DNA of 64,000 nucleotides from Camelus dromedarius (lineage: Eukaryota): assembly GCF_036321535.1 (NCBI RefSeq), contig NC_087436.1, positions 46,316,001 to 46,380,000 on the forward strand, written 5' to 3'. The notes beneath the pieces are model-generated. The model was given only the letters and a program-made list of their open reading frames with translations. It ran no database searches and was not told the DNA's origin. A program made the translations under genes and the position numbers. This document shows, in pieces, positions 38,310 through 52,000 of this stretch (its first letter is position 1; the number at the start of each line of letters is the position of its first letter).

Positions 38310-38885
38310 AATTAATAAGCTTATTTTTCAGAATGGTTTTAGATATTTACAGAACAACTGAGTACAGATAGTTTCTATATACCCCAACCACACTTCACAA
38401 GTTCCCTCTATTTATTAACATCTTATATTAGCATGGTACATTTGTTACAATTAATGATCAATATTGATACAGCAATGTTAACTGAAGTCCATACGTTGCT
38501 TCCATTTCCTTAGTTTTTAGCTAATGTCTTTTTCTTGTTCCAGGATCTCATCTATAATACCCTGTCACATTTAGTCTTTGTATCTCTTTAGAGTCCTTTC
38601 AACTGTGGAATCCTTTCAACTTTCTCAGACTTTCTTTGTTTTTGATAACCTTTGACTGTTTTGAGGATTACTTACTGATCAGGTATTTTGTAGAATGTCC
38701 TTCAGTTGGGGTTTTTCAGAGGTTTTTCATGATTGGACTAGGGTTATGGATTTGGAGGAGGACGATCACAGAAGTAAAATACCATTTTCCTCACATGGTA
38801 TCAAGGGTACTTATTATCTACATGATTTGTGACTGTTATTGACCTTAATCACCTGGCTGAAGCATTGTTTGTTTGGATTCTCCAT
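38310..38885 (-). mobile_element. Ancient L1 (L1MC/L1MD-like) 3'UTR fragment
   Basis: 'tattaacatcttatattagcatggtacatttgttacaattaatga', 'caggtattttgtagaatgtcc' and 'gattggactagggttatggatttggaggagga' match recalled L1MC/MD 3'-end text. Confidence 0.75.
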
Positions 38886-39939
38886 ATTTGTGGTATTTTG
38901 ATTATTCTTTGGGTACTTTCAAGAGATGGTCAACTCTCTCATTTAAGTTGTGTAAAGAAATCCTGATCTTTTGATAAAGCAGCTTTCCTAGGCTCCTGTG
39001 AGTAAGAGGGAACTCTTCCGAGAAGAGTTAACAAGAATTTTATTTGCATAGCCAGGTGCAGATGATGAATAATTAATAGCCCAGAAATAATTCCAACAGT
39101 CAAGCATAGGGCAGGGTATAACATTGCCCTCTTATTTAGACAATTAAGACCTCATTTATTATAAAGACAGAATCAAGATCACCAATTAGAGAGGAGCCCA
39201 CACAAATTCTCTATTTATTTTTTAATATTTTCAGTGTTCTGTGGTTCAAATCCTATTACAAAGATCTCATCACAAAACCTATATCAAAGTATAGAAAGGA
39301 GAGAGGTTATCTGGAATATAGTCATTTAAAGGATACCTTCCCCCCCAAAAAAATTCTTCCAACTTTATCATCATTATTAGACAAATTGACATCTATTCCT
39401 TCAGTTCTATGAATGTTGAGAGTCAAACATGCAACATATGTTTTAATTTACCAAGTAAGATTCTTTTTTTTTTTTTTCCTTTCGGTACCAGAATGTTTCT
39501 GAGTTGAGCATTCAGCATCCTTTGTGTAGTATGTTAATTATGCATTATTCATAGTGAAAGGTTCAAATTTGTTATGCTGCAACTGTTCAGTCCTTGACAA
39601 ATGACTCTGATAGGTCACACCCGTTTTCAAGTAAGTAAAGAACAGCAAGAACTGTATTTCTTCTAAAAACTGTGTAGTACTGGGAGCTTCTTTGGCAAGT
39701 TACCATTTGCCCTTTTACATTAAGTCTGAAAAACTCATGCTTTCCAGCTAATGATATCTTTAGAGGGAGGGTCCTCCTGGGCTTCCTTAGTAGCTTCCAC
39801 TCCCATTACTCCTTTAGCTTACTCTACTCTCTGCATTTAGTAAAGTTTATAATAGCTTCTACCTCATCCTTATAAAATATACTGGATATGTTTTCAGAGT
39901 AAGGGACTCTTATGTGTTCTCATGTATTCTCTTAGCAAA

Positions 39940-40890
39940 TTTTTATTGAGCATTTTTATGTGCTTGGCAATATTCTTGGTGTTGGCAGTGCAAAGATGTA
40001 CACATTCACTTGGAGCATGCACAGAGAAGCTTTAGCAAGTCGGTTTTGCTGAAATGCCAAATACCCCAAAGGGAACAGAGGGTGAGAAAGTTGGAAAATC
40101 ATAAACATTGCAGCGGACCCTGAATGCTGAAGTTTTTGCATTTTATCCCTTGATGGCTTTGGTGCAGTAGAAATATATAACCAGAGATGTCCTTAAGGAA
40201 GATTAATTTAAGAGCAATGTATTTATTATCTTGGAGAGGGGAAAGAAGCTAGGAGTTCACTTGGAATTTTACAGTTGTCCAGGTGGATGGAATTGAAGAT
40301 TTAAACTGAGGTGAAGTAAGCGGAATCAGAAGAAAGAATTGGTGCACGATATATTGCAGAATAGACAAGAAAGAAAGAGAGTAGCCAACATTTATAAGGT
40401 TGGAACCTGAGAGAAAGAGGGTATAGTATGGCTGTTAACAAATGAAATCCAAGGGGTATATCTGAGGGGAAGATAAGTTCTGTTTCAGGAAATTTGTATT
40501 TGAGGAGTTTGAAGGTTATCTAGGTAGACATATAAGACAGTTAGAAATGCAGGCTTGCATCTTGTATGGGGCCCAGGGCTGGCACTTGAAATGCAGGACT
40601 GGGTCAAGAAGAGGTGATGGAACCCAGGATGCAGAGGATGAGAGAGAAGACAGAGAAGGCAATGGGACAAGGACTGCAATGTGGAGAATAGGCACAGTGA
40701 TATCAAAGAGGACTGAGAAGCAGAGTTCAGAAAGGAATGGGATGAGAACCAGGATGGCCAGAAGGAGAAATATCAAATGCTGCTGTGATGTCTAGCGTTA
40801 AAAAAAGAAACAGGACATTGAGTTTGGAAAGTTATTGGTGAATATTGAGAGAGCTCTTTTTGGAATTATCAGGGTAAAAATCAAAATGCA
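39940..40890 (-). mobile_element. L2 fragments (degraded)
   Basis: Starts with an antisense L2 tail ('ttttattgagcatttttatgtgcttggc'), followed by purine-rich L2-like text. Confidence 0.55.
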
Positions 40891-42949
40891 AGGAAGAAAA
40901 AAGGCACATTTTAAAGTATTATTGATTCCTGTTTGAGAAAACAGAGGTTCATCAAGCAATATGTCCCAGAAAACAAGACAAAGTGAAACAAAACATTCTG
41001 ATAATCAACCAGGTAGCTCTCAGATGTGAAAACTGCTGATACATACAAAGTGAGAGATTGGTATTGCATTATAAATAAATCATGCTGGGCCCACAAGACA
41101 TAATGGAATATGGGCTTGGAGACTGGGCATAAAAACCTGGTATGTGGTTCTTGGTATACCATTGCTTATATACTAACATTCCAGAATCATTTCTCAAGGA
41201 ATTCAATTTAATTTAAAAAGCAGTTTAGAACTCCCCTGTAGTGTTAGAGAGAAGAAGTATGTGATATGAAAATAAACATGCTTCAGCCATATGAGGCACC
41301 AAGAATTATCATAGCTTGAGAATTTTCAGTAGAAAATATATTTTTCTGCCTTATATTGCTGATTTTTTTTTCTTTTTGAGGATAATTTTAAGCAGGTAAC
41401 TTCATTACAGTTTTGGTTTTTAAATTTCAACTTTGCAGGAAAAATATTAACACTATGGCCTTAATTAGGAAAAGGCATACCTATATTGTATTCCTTTTTT
41501 ACTTTCGCATAGGTTTTTTTTTTCATCAAATGTTAGTTAATTAAATCCCTTCCAAACTCTGTACTAGGCACCAAGGAATCAGAGCTGAATAAGATGTGTC
41601 TTTTGCCCTCAGGAACCTTCTAGTCCTGTAATGGAGACAGATTAAACAAATTAATGCAGTAATCTGTTGTAGCCTCTAAGACAAAGTACATGATTTCAGG
41701 AGGACATGAAACAAGGGAACTCTGTTCTACTTGGGGGCAGGGTCTTCAGGAAGAAGCTTGGAAAGTTTCTGACACTTAAGATGACTCTTGAAATATGGGT
41801 AGCTGGGTTGTTCTTGTCTCTTAAAAAAATACATGTCTTTTCCCCTTCAATTTAAATCATTTTTCTATTGCTGAATTTAAAAGAATAGATAAGAGGGAGA
41901 AGAGAAAATGGAAAGGAAACCAACTTGAAAAACTGGGAAGATGAAAGTAGTCTTTTTTGGTCCCTTTTTTTATATCCTTCTGGGAGGTTACTACAGAAAT
42001 CTGTCTACTCTGTGTAAAAGTACTGCATAAAAATATTTTATTTTAGTGTGAAAATTTTGGTGTTGCTATGTTTTGATCATACTGAATATGTAGCTAAAGA
42101 AGGAATGGAGCAGTCTGAAATATATGGAGCAATCCAAATTGTTATACTTGTCTTTAGAAGTTATTTTTCATTTTTTAGACTTTCTTTTTAGTTTGTCACA
42201 ATTACATTTTTTGACTTTTAGAAACAGTAACTGAACAAACTAATGTATATCAATAAGTCAAATGGATAACTATTTTAGAGTTAACAATATCAAGAATTCT
42301 TAGACTAGATTTCCTAGGCAAATGCTTGGATTTGTTTCTCAAAGTGTCCTGAAAAAGATGAATGTGTCTTTGTTTGAAAACCCTATTAAATTTTCATTAC
42401 AATATCAGATTTTTTAACTGCTTGTTTCCTTTAGGAAGTTTTATTTTAGAAATGGCTGTGTAAGACTTGTTTTATATACTACCATTTTCATAAATTTCCT
42501 TCTCTGATTGTATTGTATTTCTCATCCAATAGTATTCCATGAGAGATTCTTTTCTTCAGGAAAAAACATTATTTTGTTTAAAATATCAACCCTGAAAACA
42601 TGGTATAGTTAGATTTGTTTGGGTTCATCACTAATGCTTACTAAATTTTATAACAGTAAGAAATGAAAACAAATGGAATTAGTTTCTATCTTTCAAATCT
42701 GAAGACGTCTACTCAAGTTTTTTTTCCTGAATAGATGATTCAGAATATATTTATTTGATATGAGGCAAAAAATCCGGTGGGTGACGGAATATTGAAAGCT
42801 AAGCTGTAATGAAATAGTAGATTGGAAGGACTCTGTCCATTTTTCCTATTTGGCCCCCAAATGTAATAATCAATTCGTACGTATGAGACAGAGGAGATGC
42901 TCAATAAAATAAGATGGTGTCTTGGGAAAAATATGGAACATACATGAAA

Positions 42950-43145
42950 CGGTTTTGAGTTCTCCCTGCTGTACCACTCACCCATCATGTGACCTTGGGA
43001 AGTTACTTAACCTCTCTGGAACTTTTCCTTACCTGTTCACTGTGAATACTATTACTCTGCTCAGAACTTTCATGAGGATCAAATGAGGTAAAATATATTA
43101 TGCTTCTAGCACAATGAATAGCATATAAGAAGAGCTCAGTAATTT
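42950..43145 (+). mobile_element. MIR SINE
   Basis: 'tgtgaccttgggaagttacttaacctctctg...gaggatcaaatgag' is the MIR core. Confidence 0.75.
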
Positions 43146-43704
43146 AAGGAAGTTTATTTCAATAAATCAAGTGGGAGTCGAAAGCTAAAAAGAGAACACT
43201 TTCATGAGGATGAGAAGGAAGGGAAATATTTAGGAAATAGTCATAAAATTTAAGAGGTGAAATCTATTAGTACAGTTGTGAAAGAATAGTAATAAATAGG
43301 AGGGAGTTTGACTTTGAGATGTCTAAAGAACATAAAACATGTAAGAATCCAGTGTGATAGTCATTGGAACTCTGGGTTTGACATCTTTTGATAGTTACAC
43401 AAAAAATATGGCTGTTCCTCACTGTCCTTAAGGTAAGTTTAATGAATAACATTTTAAAAGATTAATCCTAAAAATTCTGTTTAATTAGGTGAGAAAAATA
43501 GATGAGTTTTGGGAAAAAATTGACCATCTTTTGCAGTGGGATGCATTTGTGTAAGGGTATCACAGACTCAGGGAGTCCCAGAGGTGATTTATCCCTTGCT
43601 TCTTTTGTATAAATTTACATTTTTTCCCTATTGGGATTAACTCTCTGAGGCAAATACTATATTACTATATTTATTTTATAGTACTTTAAGAATCTATAAA
43701 GAAA

Positions 43705-43952
43705 CAGTTTAGTATAGTAGTTAAGAGCTAGAACTCTGGAGCCAGACTGCCTGGGCTCATTTCCCAGCTCTGCTAATTACTAAGTAGTTCAGAAGTTACT
43801 TGACTTCCCTTTGCCTCGGTTTTCTTATCTGTAAAGAGGAGATAACAATAGTACCTATGGCAAAGCTGAGGTGAGGATTAAGTGAGTTGTTATTTGTAAC
43901 AGCACACTGCCTGGAGGAGTGACTTGCGCTATACAGGTGTTGGTTATTGTTA
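43705..43952 (+). mobile_element. Near full-length MIR SINE
   Basis: 'tagtagttaagagc...ctctggagccagactgcctggg...aagttacttgacttccctttgcctcggttttcttatctgtaaa...gaggattaagtgag'. Confidence 0.85.
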
Positions 43953-46900
43953 ATGTGGTGGTGGTGATGATGACAACACAATTTCGTGATGACGAGCTGG
44001 CATGGTCCAGTTTTCTTGAGTAAAGCAAGTTCTCCCCTGCTGTGAGTATAAACAGCTTTCTTTATACTGACTAGGAAGAAAGTCCTCTGACTCACTTCCC
44101 ATTTCTATCCCTTTTGTGATCTGAGCTTGAATTCTGTATCATTGATTCCTAGTCCACGTTGCCCCTCTCTTGTCTCTAGTTATTTCTTTAGATGTAATAA
44201 TGATCACAAAACTACCAGCTATAGCTAACTTCAACTCTTGGAAATGTAAAACAAAACTTTTTTGGGAAGATTGGAAGCATGTGACACAAAAATTGGTGTG
44301 TCAGCTCCAAAAGGCAGAAAACTCTGCTCTAAATAAATAAAAATCTTTTGTCTTATTTTTTTTGCAGTGGAAAGTGACATAGGCTTTGCCTAGCCACTGC
44401 CACAATAGGGCAGAATTAAATCCTTATATTGTGTGCACCTTTTAGCTCTCAAACTTGAATTTTTTATGGCTATTACCATCATCTTATCATATTAGTTGTT
44501 TATGCATCTCCCTTTACATACTGGGATCCTCCTACGGATAAGGAAATGTGTTATTTTTCAGCTTTTCACTCCCCTGCACTTAGCACAGTAAGTACCTAAC
44601 CCAGAAAGTGCCAACATTTTTGCCGTTGTTGAATGAATGTATGAGTCAATCCAAAAGGATTCCCCAAAACATTATGAAGAAAGTTTTCAGTTAGTACATA
44701 CTAAACGCTGTATTATACAGTTAAAGTGGATTAATAGTGAATAATGGGGAATACTTTCCAAAATAGAACAATGAGAGCATTCAGCTGACTAGCAGGGGAA
44801 GCTGTCAGGACACCAAGAAAAAACGAAAACAAGTGAAAGTCTTGGGTAGAAGAAAATCCACCTAAAAGATTATGAGGTTTTTCTTTAGTTCAGTCTGAGT
44901 CTCAAAATTATTATGAAACCGTATTTCAGGATGATCTGTCTCATTTAACACCATTCTTTTCATTCACCTCCTGATGAAAAAAAAAAAAAAAAAAGACACA
45001 GTAACCTAGATCATCAATCTGTTTCCAGGAGCATCAGCAGAAATCGTAAGATCCCTCTGACCACAAGCCTCTGTAAACGTGCCAGTGAAAACATGCATGT
45101 TTTCCTTCTTGCCTTCTGCATTTGGTGTGCCATGCAGTAGCAGAAACAAAAATCAGGTTTCAAAAGCCCTGTGGGCTTGTCTTCCACAAACACTCACCTT
45201 CAGAACTGTCCCTAGGAGCCAGCTTGTTACAGCTGCTGCAAACACCAGGGGGGTGTTTCGGACTTATGCCAAGGGCCCATAGGAAAATTGCCCCCAGGAT
45301 TTCCGCACAGGGTTCCGCACAAAGTGGCCTGTGGTGCTGAGTTGCAGACACTGTGCAATGTGCTGCTCCCACCACAACACAGCCTGCACTACACTCCTGC
45401 CTTGTGATTCTGCTAGTTAAGTTTCTTCCCCTATGGATTTTAAAATTTCACTTGAAAATAACTCTTCCACATGTTAATAAGCCCTACTTACACATATGAA
45501 TGGGGTTGTGGTTAAATGGTGTCTTTTTTGCCAGAATCCGCCTGAATCTTGATCTACTCTATTTCAGTATATGTCTATTTTTAATCTGATGCTGGAAAGC
45601 TGTGAAAAGCAGCTTTATGATAAATACTTTTTTTTTAAAGTTGCTTTATTAGTTTTTTTGTTTTTGAGAAAAGCCTACTTGACCATTCTGATGATGCAAG
45701 TGCTTCATGTCTTTTCTTTTATTCAGTTAAAAAAATGCAGATTTGAGAGTGTCTGGCAATACATGATAAGTAGATAATCTTAAAAATTACATAAAGTAAT
45801 GCTAAAATTCTTCAAACCAGCATGATTGATTTAATTACACCATGATAGACACTCTGAAGGAGAATCATAAATATCAGGCTACTTTAAAATAGTAGCACAA
45901 ACCCTGATTCTTGTTTTAGAAGCAAAGCAAACAAAAACTTTTATCATGTTCCAGAAAATGAGTCATGGGTGGTAGTATTTCAATGTTTCTCTGAGTTTTG
46001 GAGGGTATAGGAAAATTCACAGAAAATTAGTTTAAAAAAGAAACTCAAAGATTGCAAAAGCTTCTTAGGGGACAAAAAAATCAAGAGGTTCTCTGGAAAG
46101 ACCCTAGAAACAGTGACATTCCAGGATCAGCCAAGAAGAAAAGATAAAACACCTCACCACCATGTGCTATGATCAGACCACATCCATCGTCTTTCCCTGC
46201 CAGAATTACCTTCTACGGGTGATGGCCAAAGAGTTGAATATGTATCTACCAAACTACTCTAAATGTGAAAATTTCGGTCACCTAACACACAATGAGTGGG
46301 GAGACTACCCTTGTCAGCGTAATAAATGACTTCCTCACATGGAGGATTTTGCTTTCTCCTCCGTCTTATCCTTCGGCACTTGATCTCAGTACAGCTTTCA
46401 ACAACATTGATTATGATGTAGTTTGAAAATGCTTGAGGGAGTTTGCCTTTTTTGTCTGTTTCCGTTTTAAAATGGTTTTAATCTTACCCTTCAGACAGTT
46501 GACATCATGTATCAATGGCTGCTCATTGTCCTGGGGCTGGTGTTCAGCAGGGTTCTAATACAGGCCGGGGGGCTGTTTAAAATCCTCAAGCTGCCTTTAG
46601 GCCCAGTGACTGCTAGACACGGTAGTGGCTGTCAGTGTTAGCTGAACTGTTTAAAGATAATGCTGCTGCTTTTGTTTCTTGGTGGGAGGTGGGGAATAGG
46701 CAAGAAGTGGGAGGCTAGTTTTGTTTTTTTATGGAATTATGGAAATATAAATCTGGAAAGAAATTCCACAAGCTGATAGTTTATCCCTTGTTCTCCAGAG
46801 AAATGGCTTGGCCTTGTGCTTAAGTATTGCCGTATATATTGATTACACCATCTCTTGCTCTCTACTACATTTCTGTTCTAAAAATGTATTGTTTTAAAAT

Positions 46901-47086
46901 TTCTCTTTTACATGACTGTAATGCTTCCTGATTTGGTTTTCCATTTTTATTTGGCCCCTATTCACTCATCAAACTGTTCATTTCATATGTGGTAATGTAC
47001 CAATTAGCTTATCTGATGATTTACTCTAAACATAATAATAGCATCATTGCAGGATCCTCTGGCTCTATTTATTAGTATAATACACA

Positions 47087-47358
47087 TGGGCTTCGGAGCA
47101 TCTGCTCTCTGATTTGGGGCCAAGATAATGCTGCTGCCCAATCACAGGTGATGCAGGAGCAGATGACTGGAGCAGCCATGGCCATGGCCATGTCCACAGA
47201 CGCCAGCAAAGTGTTTAAGGTGCACTCACTTCTTCCAGCTTCACTGAAGCCCCGAAAGGTGTTACCAGTTACTTTTAAAGATGGATTCCTTGAAGTGAGC
47301 ATAGTATGTGTGGTTCTGTGGTTTAAATTTAGCAAACATGTAAAAAAAAAAGAAAAAA
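47087..47358 (+). pseudogene. EMC3: Truncated retrocopy fragment of EMC3/TMEM111 (ER membrane protein complex subunit 3) with an A-rich tail
   Basis: 47088-47219 translates to [44 protein letters not shown]. Recalled mammalian EMC3 reads [42 protein letters not shown], giving 32/42 identity plus a 2-codon duplication. A-tract at 47342-47358. No other EMC3 sequence was noticed in the window. Confidence 0.88.
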
Positions 47359-50300
47359 TTTTATCTCTAGGAATGATATGTAAAATTTTTTCATCATTTC
47401 CTCAGGAGTCTGTAGAACACAGGGTTAGGCACATAATAAAGACTCAATAAATGCTGATTGATTAATAAGTAAACAAGTTACTAGGGTCAGTTAGAGCTGA
47501 TAGTGAGACAAGAGAGCTAGTTCCACTTAAAGAGAAAGTTATAATTTCAATGTGATGTATAAAGCAGATATTGCTTACATAGGTAAAATACCTGAAGAAT
47601 CATATCTATGTGACCCTTCCATCTAGGAAATTCTGCTAAATGCAAAGTATAGAGACATATTTATTGTGACTGTTTAAGCCTCTAAGTTTTACACTTTTAG
47701 TACTCCCAGCAAGCATGTGATGTTTTGGCATTTAAATGGGCCTTCAAGATCCTGAAGATTGTTGATTTGACTAAGTCTGAATGGATTATGTGAAAGGTAA
47801 AATATACACAGAAAGTGAAACACATTAACATTCTTAATATATTTTTTATTACATATTTTGTTCACTGTTTTTCCTTTGGGACTGTATTTTTCTATGTTAA
47901 TGAAAGCTTTTGAGGGAAAATATAATAAAAATATGTGTTCTGCCGCAATATTATGGAGAAGATCTAATACATAAAATACATAAAAAATGAGGTTTTAATA
48001 CTTTCATCTTTTGTCTATTTTTTCGTTCTGTCTTTTTTTCAGATCACATAATGCTAGTTCTTATGACTATTTCCCCTTTCAAACACGATTCTGGTCATAC
48101 CTTGACTTTACTCTGAAATTTATGGAATAACTTAAAATTTCTTCTTTATGTGTTAGTATGTATACCTAAATGAATGTGCATCTAGTATATACATCCAAAA
48201 TGTTTCCCGTTTCAAAGTATATACAGACAACTAATCTAGTAGCTCAGTATTTTACAATAGGATAGAAAGTGTCTATAAATCACTTGAAAATTAGGTTTCA
48301 AAGAACAAAACAATGGAGCTAATAATGATATTCTGTTCTGGTTATTAGGACTGCCACCATAGACACTAGCACTCTGTAAATGCTGGTGTCTTCTGGATTT
48401 TGAATTGATATTTGACTATCATATTCCCATCATAAAACTGTAAGATGATATATGTTACCAGCCTTTAGAGGGTCTGTCTGTATCTACTGAGAAACTCAAT
48501 CATCTGAGAAACTCAATCGCCTGTTTTGATGAGAAATTATATTTTGTTTTGTCTTTTTGCCTTTTTTGTTAGGGATACATATAAGAAAAGGCCTACCTCA
48601 CTTTAGTATTTTGGTCTTAGGGAACTATTTTGGGTAGAAGTGTATGAGTTGGGGTCACCAGTTTTTTAGTCATGTGCATACCCCTTTCAGTCTTATTAAG
48701 AAAGAATTTTGTGCTTTACTAGGGCCTGAGTAGTAGCAATGGCACTCTAGTAACTTTATTAAAATTTGCTAAAACAAGCATGGTTTTATTAAATGAAACA
48801 TTTGTGATTTTCTTGAAATATATGGTTCCATTGAATGCCTGAATGATGGCACTATTGTAGTGTAAATCATTTAATCATATTCTCATATTTAATGAGAATA
48901 ATACACAGAATTCCCTTTGGATCTTATGTGAATTTCATTACTTAAACTAAGTCACATCGTCAGGAATCCATCTACCTGTAAATTAGATTTGGATGCAATT
49001 TAAGTAGCTTGGGAGAACACTTTGGATTTTATATGTTAGCTAATCCTGTTTAACATTTTATATCATTTGGTACATATGATGTACGTTTTGCTGTGTGACA
49101 GCAATAGAAATTTTTGAGTAGTTGCCTATTTCCTCTTCAAAGCAAAAAAAGGTGGTAATACTCTGTGTATGAGGGTAAGGGATGGGAGTGTCTAGATCTG
49201 GTCTTATTCTGTGGAGCTACTTTGATTCATCTTTCAATCAGTCCAAAGAGCTACATAAATATTGACTGTTGACCCTGTTTGGTTGGTCCACATCTTAGGC
49301 TGAATGATTAGTGTCTCAGCAAAATGAAATTGTTTTGGTTTTTCTTTCTATATATTAAACTACTATTTTTAGTTGTGGCTATTGTGTGTCATGAAAATGA
49401 CACTAAAAATTAGTAGAATCAAAGGGTGAACAGCAAAGTAATAAAGGCTTGAAGATAGGAACTATGAGAAGACATTAAAGAACTGAATGTTTTTAGCCTT
49501 GACAGAAAGCAACCAAGAAAGATATGATAGCATCTTGAAGCACATAAAGCGATGCTAGAATGAACAGAAGAACATGGATTATCAGTAGACCACAAAAACA
49601 GATAAAGCTGCAATATTCTAACGCATATATTTTGTTGTGATGCAGAGCTACACCTTAAATATCTAGCAACAGACAATGAAATGCTATATTATGAAGCCAA
49701 AATTCCAGGGGACATTCACTAAAGAAGATCTACTGCAGTTGTGTTGTTCTTTTTGAATAAATACACATCAGGTGGAGGAGTCAGCCCAAAGAATGGAAAT
49801 GGGTTTTGTCCTTTGGACTCCTTGGTCTGATAGATCTAATCATCTCACAATGCACACATGAAGGTTATCTCTGTAGAGTGATTTCCAAACCCTAGAAGGA
49901 TTTTAATACAAGATTGGCAGCAGAAACTATGTTCAGGAGTTAAAAGCTGTGTAAGGAGTTTGTTTATTCTAAGGGAAGAGGCCCAGGTCTTGGTTTCTTT
50001 TCTTCCTAAACCACTCCCCCGCTTCTGCCATCTACCAGACACACACACACATAATTTATCAGAAGTTCTCTGAGATAGACCAGATTGTGTGTATCACAAC
50101 AGAGTGATCCCATCTGGAAGCATAGTGATTCATGGTAAATCTGTCCTCAGAGAAAAGCCCCAACCTGATAAAACCAGATTGCAGGTATCAGCCCCAGGCC
50201 AGAACACCACAATAGAGGAATGGAATTAACCATTAAACTCTACACTGTCTTGCAGAGCAGGGCAGCTCATGTTGGGGGTTGAAATGGGGTGGTGCTGAGG

Positions 50301-51084
50301 AGTGTAAAGTTTTATGTGGGCCCCCTATAGAGTTATGTAACTGATTTAGCACATCTGGGCGAGGAATAGCTTGGCAGCTGTAGTATAGATTGCAACATTT
50401 TTTATTGAGAAATAAGACATCTTGGTGAGGTTGGAGATCTGTAGTGGTCATGGTGCCTGTCATTTCAGAGTAATCAGAAGCTTTCAGAAATTAGACATAA
50501 AACTTTCAGAGGGTTTTGCAAGCTGAGAATGTGGGTGAGTCTATATTATCGACCTCAGGATCAGGAGGGAAATGGTGAAATTACTATCAACCACCAAATT
50601 TGATAGACTCTTATTGATCCTCTAATTGACGAAGTGTGATGTTCCAAAATCTGGGATTCTTGTAATATGACTGGATTATGCTTTAGTCTGGAAGTAAAAC
50701 TTTAGTGGTAGTAATAACCTCAAATACTGATTTTGAAAATAACACAAAGAACTCTCATTGTTTTGCTCTCTCTCAAAATTCACCCATATAAAAGACAAAA
50801 ACTAACTTTATGAAAGAGGAGATTTAACTAGTAAATAAAAGATGTTTACCCTTGTTAGTAATGAAACAAATGTGAGTTAAACTGAAGTAATATCTTTCTT
50901 TATTAACTTAGAAATTTCAAAATTAATGGCATTATATAGTGCTGGCACAGATATGAAGACCTGAACTATCATACTGTTCTGGTCAATTTCTACAAAAAGG
51001 ATCTTTGACTTCCTTAGCTCAGGAGCCATATTTCTAAGACTACGTCCCAAGGAAATAATCCCTGTTAAGGGGAAAAAACCCAAC

Positions 51085-51427
51085 TGGTCTATTCAGGCTG
51101 CTATAACAAAATACTATAGATTGATTAGATTATAGACAACAGAAATATATTTTTCACAATTCTGGAGACTAGAAGTCCAAGATCATGGCATCAGCATGGC
51201 TGGGTTCTGGTGAAGACCCTCTCCCTAACTGCAGACTACTGACTTCTCACTGTGTCCTCACATGGTACAAGGGGCAAGGGATCTCTCTGGAGCCTCTTGT
51301 ATAAAGGCCCTAATCCCATTCATGAAGCCTCCACCTCCCAAAGGCCCCACCTCCTAATACGTTCATCTTGCCGCTTAGGATTTCAATGTATGAAATTTAG
51401 GAGGATGCAAACATTCAGACCATCACA
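51085..51427 (-). mobile_element. MaLR solo LTR (MLT1A-like)
   Basis: 'caggctgctataacaaaatac...ttctggagactagaagtccaagatc...cactgtgtcctcacatgg...taatcccattcatga...aaggccccacctcctaatac...aaacattcagaccatcaca' is MLT1A-type sequence in antisense. Confidence 0.85.
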
Positions 51428-52000
51428 AATCATATGCACAAAGATGTTCATCATGATGCATTGTTAATAGCAGTTAAAATGTGTGGGCAACCAAAATGTT
51501 TAACAGGATCAAAGATTATGTAATTTACTCTAAAATGAAACATCTACTTAACCAAATATGATTAAAGATAATGATTTTGAGGACTGATGCAATATGGAAA
51601 GTGCTTCTTATATGAGATTAAGAAATAAAGATTTAAAATGTTATGTATGTAAAACAAGCCTATCAAACGTACGGCCATGAAAATACACTGAAGCTAAACA
51701 ATAATCGTCTTAGGGAAATGAGAGTTTTTTTAATTTGCTTTAAAATTTTTTCTAAATTGCCTATCTTGCTTTTATTTTTTTTAACGGCATCTTTTAAATT
51801 TTAACTGTTTAAGGTAAGCAGCACCATGCCTATTTTATAAGTGAATAAATAAAATGAGTTTTCAAATGCTTAGAAGCCAGAAGCTTCCACATCTCCTAGA
51901 CAACCCCAATTCTCTTGCTTTTTCCCCAGAAAATAGAGCCATAGATAGATTTCACTTTTCATAGAACCCCAAAAGCATGCTTGTTTTGGTTTGCACTAAG

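Noticed and set aside
47148..47450. 100-aa ORF as a functional EMC3 paralogue
   Set aside because: Only the first 24 codons are EMC3-like. The ORF runs through an A-tract into L2-like sequence, most of EMC3 is missing, and substitutions are numerous.
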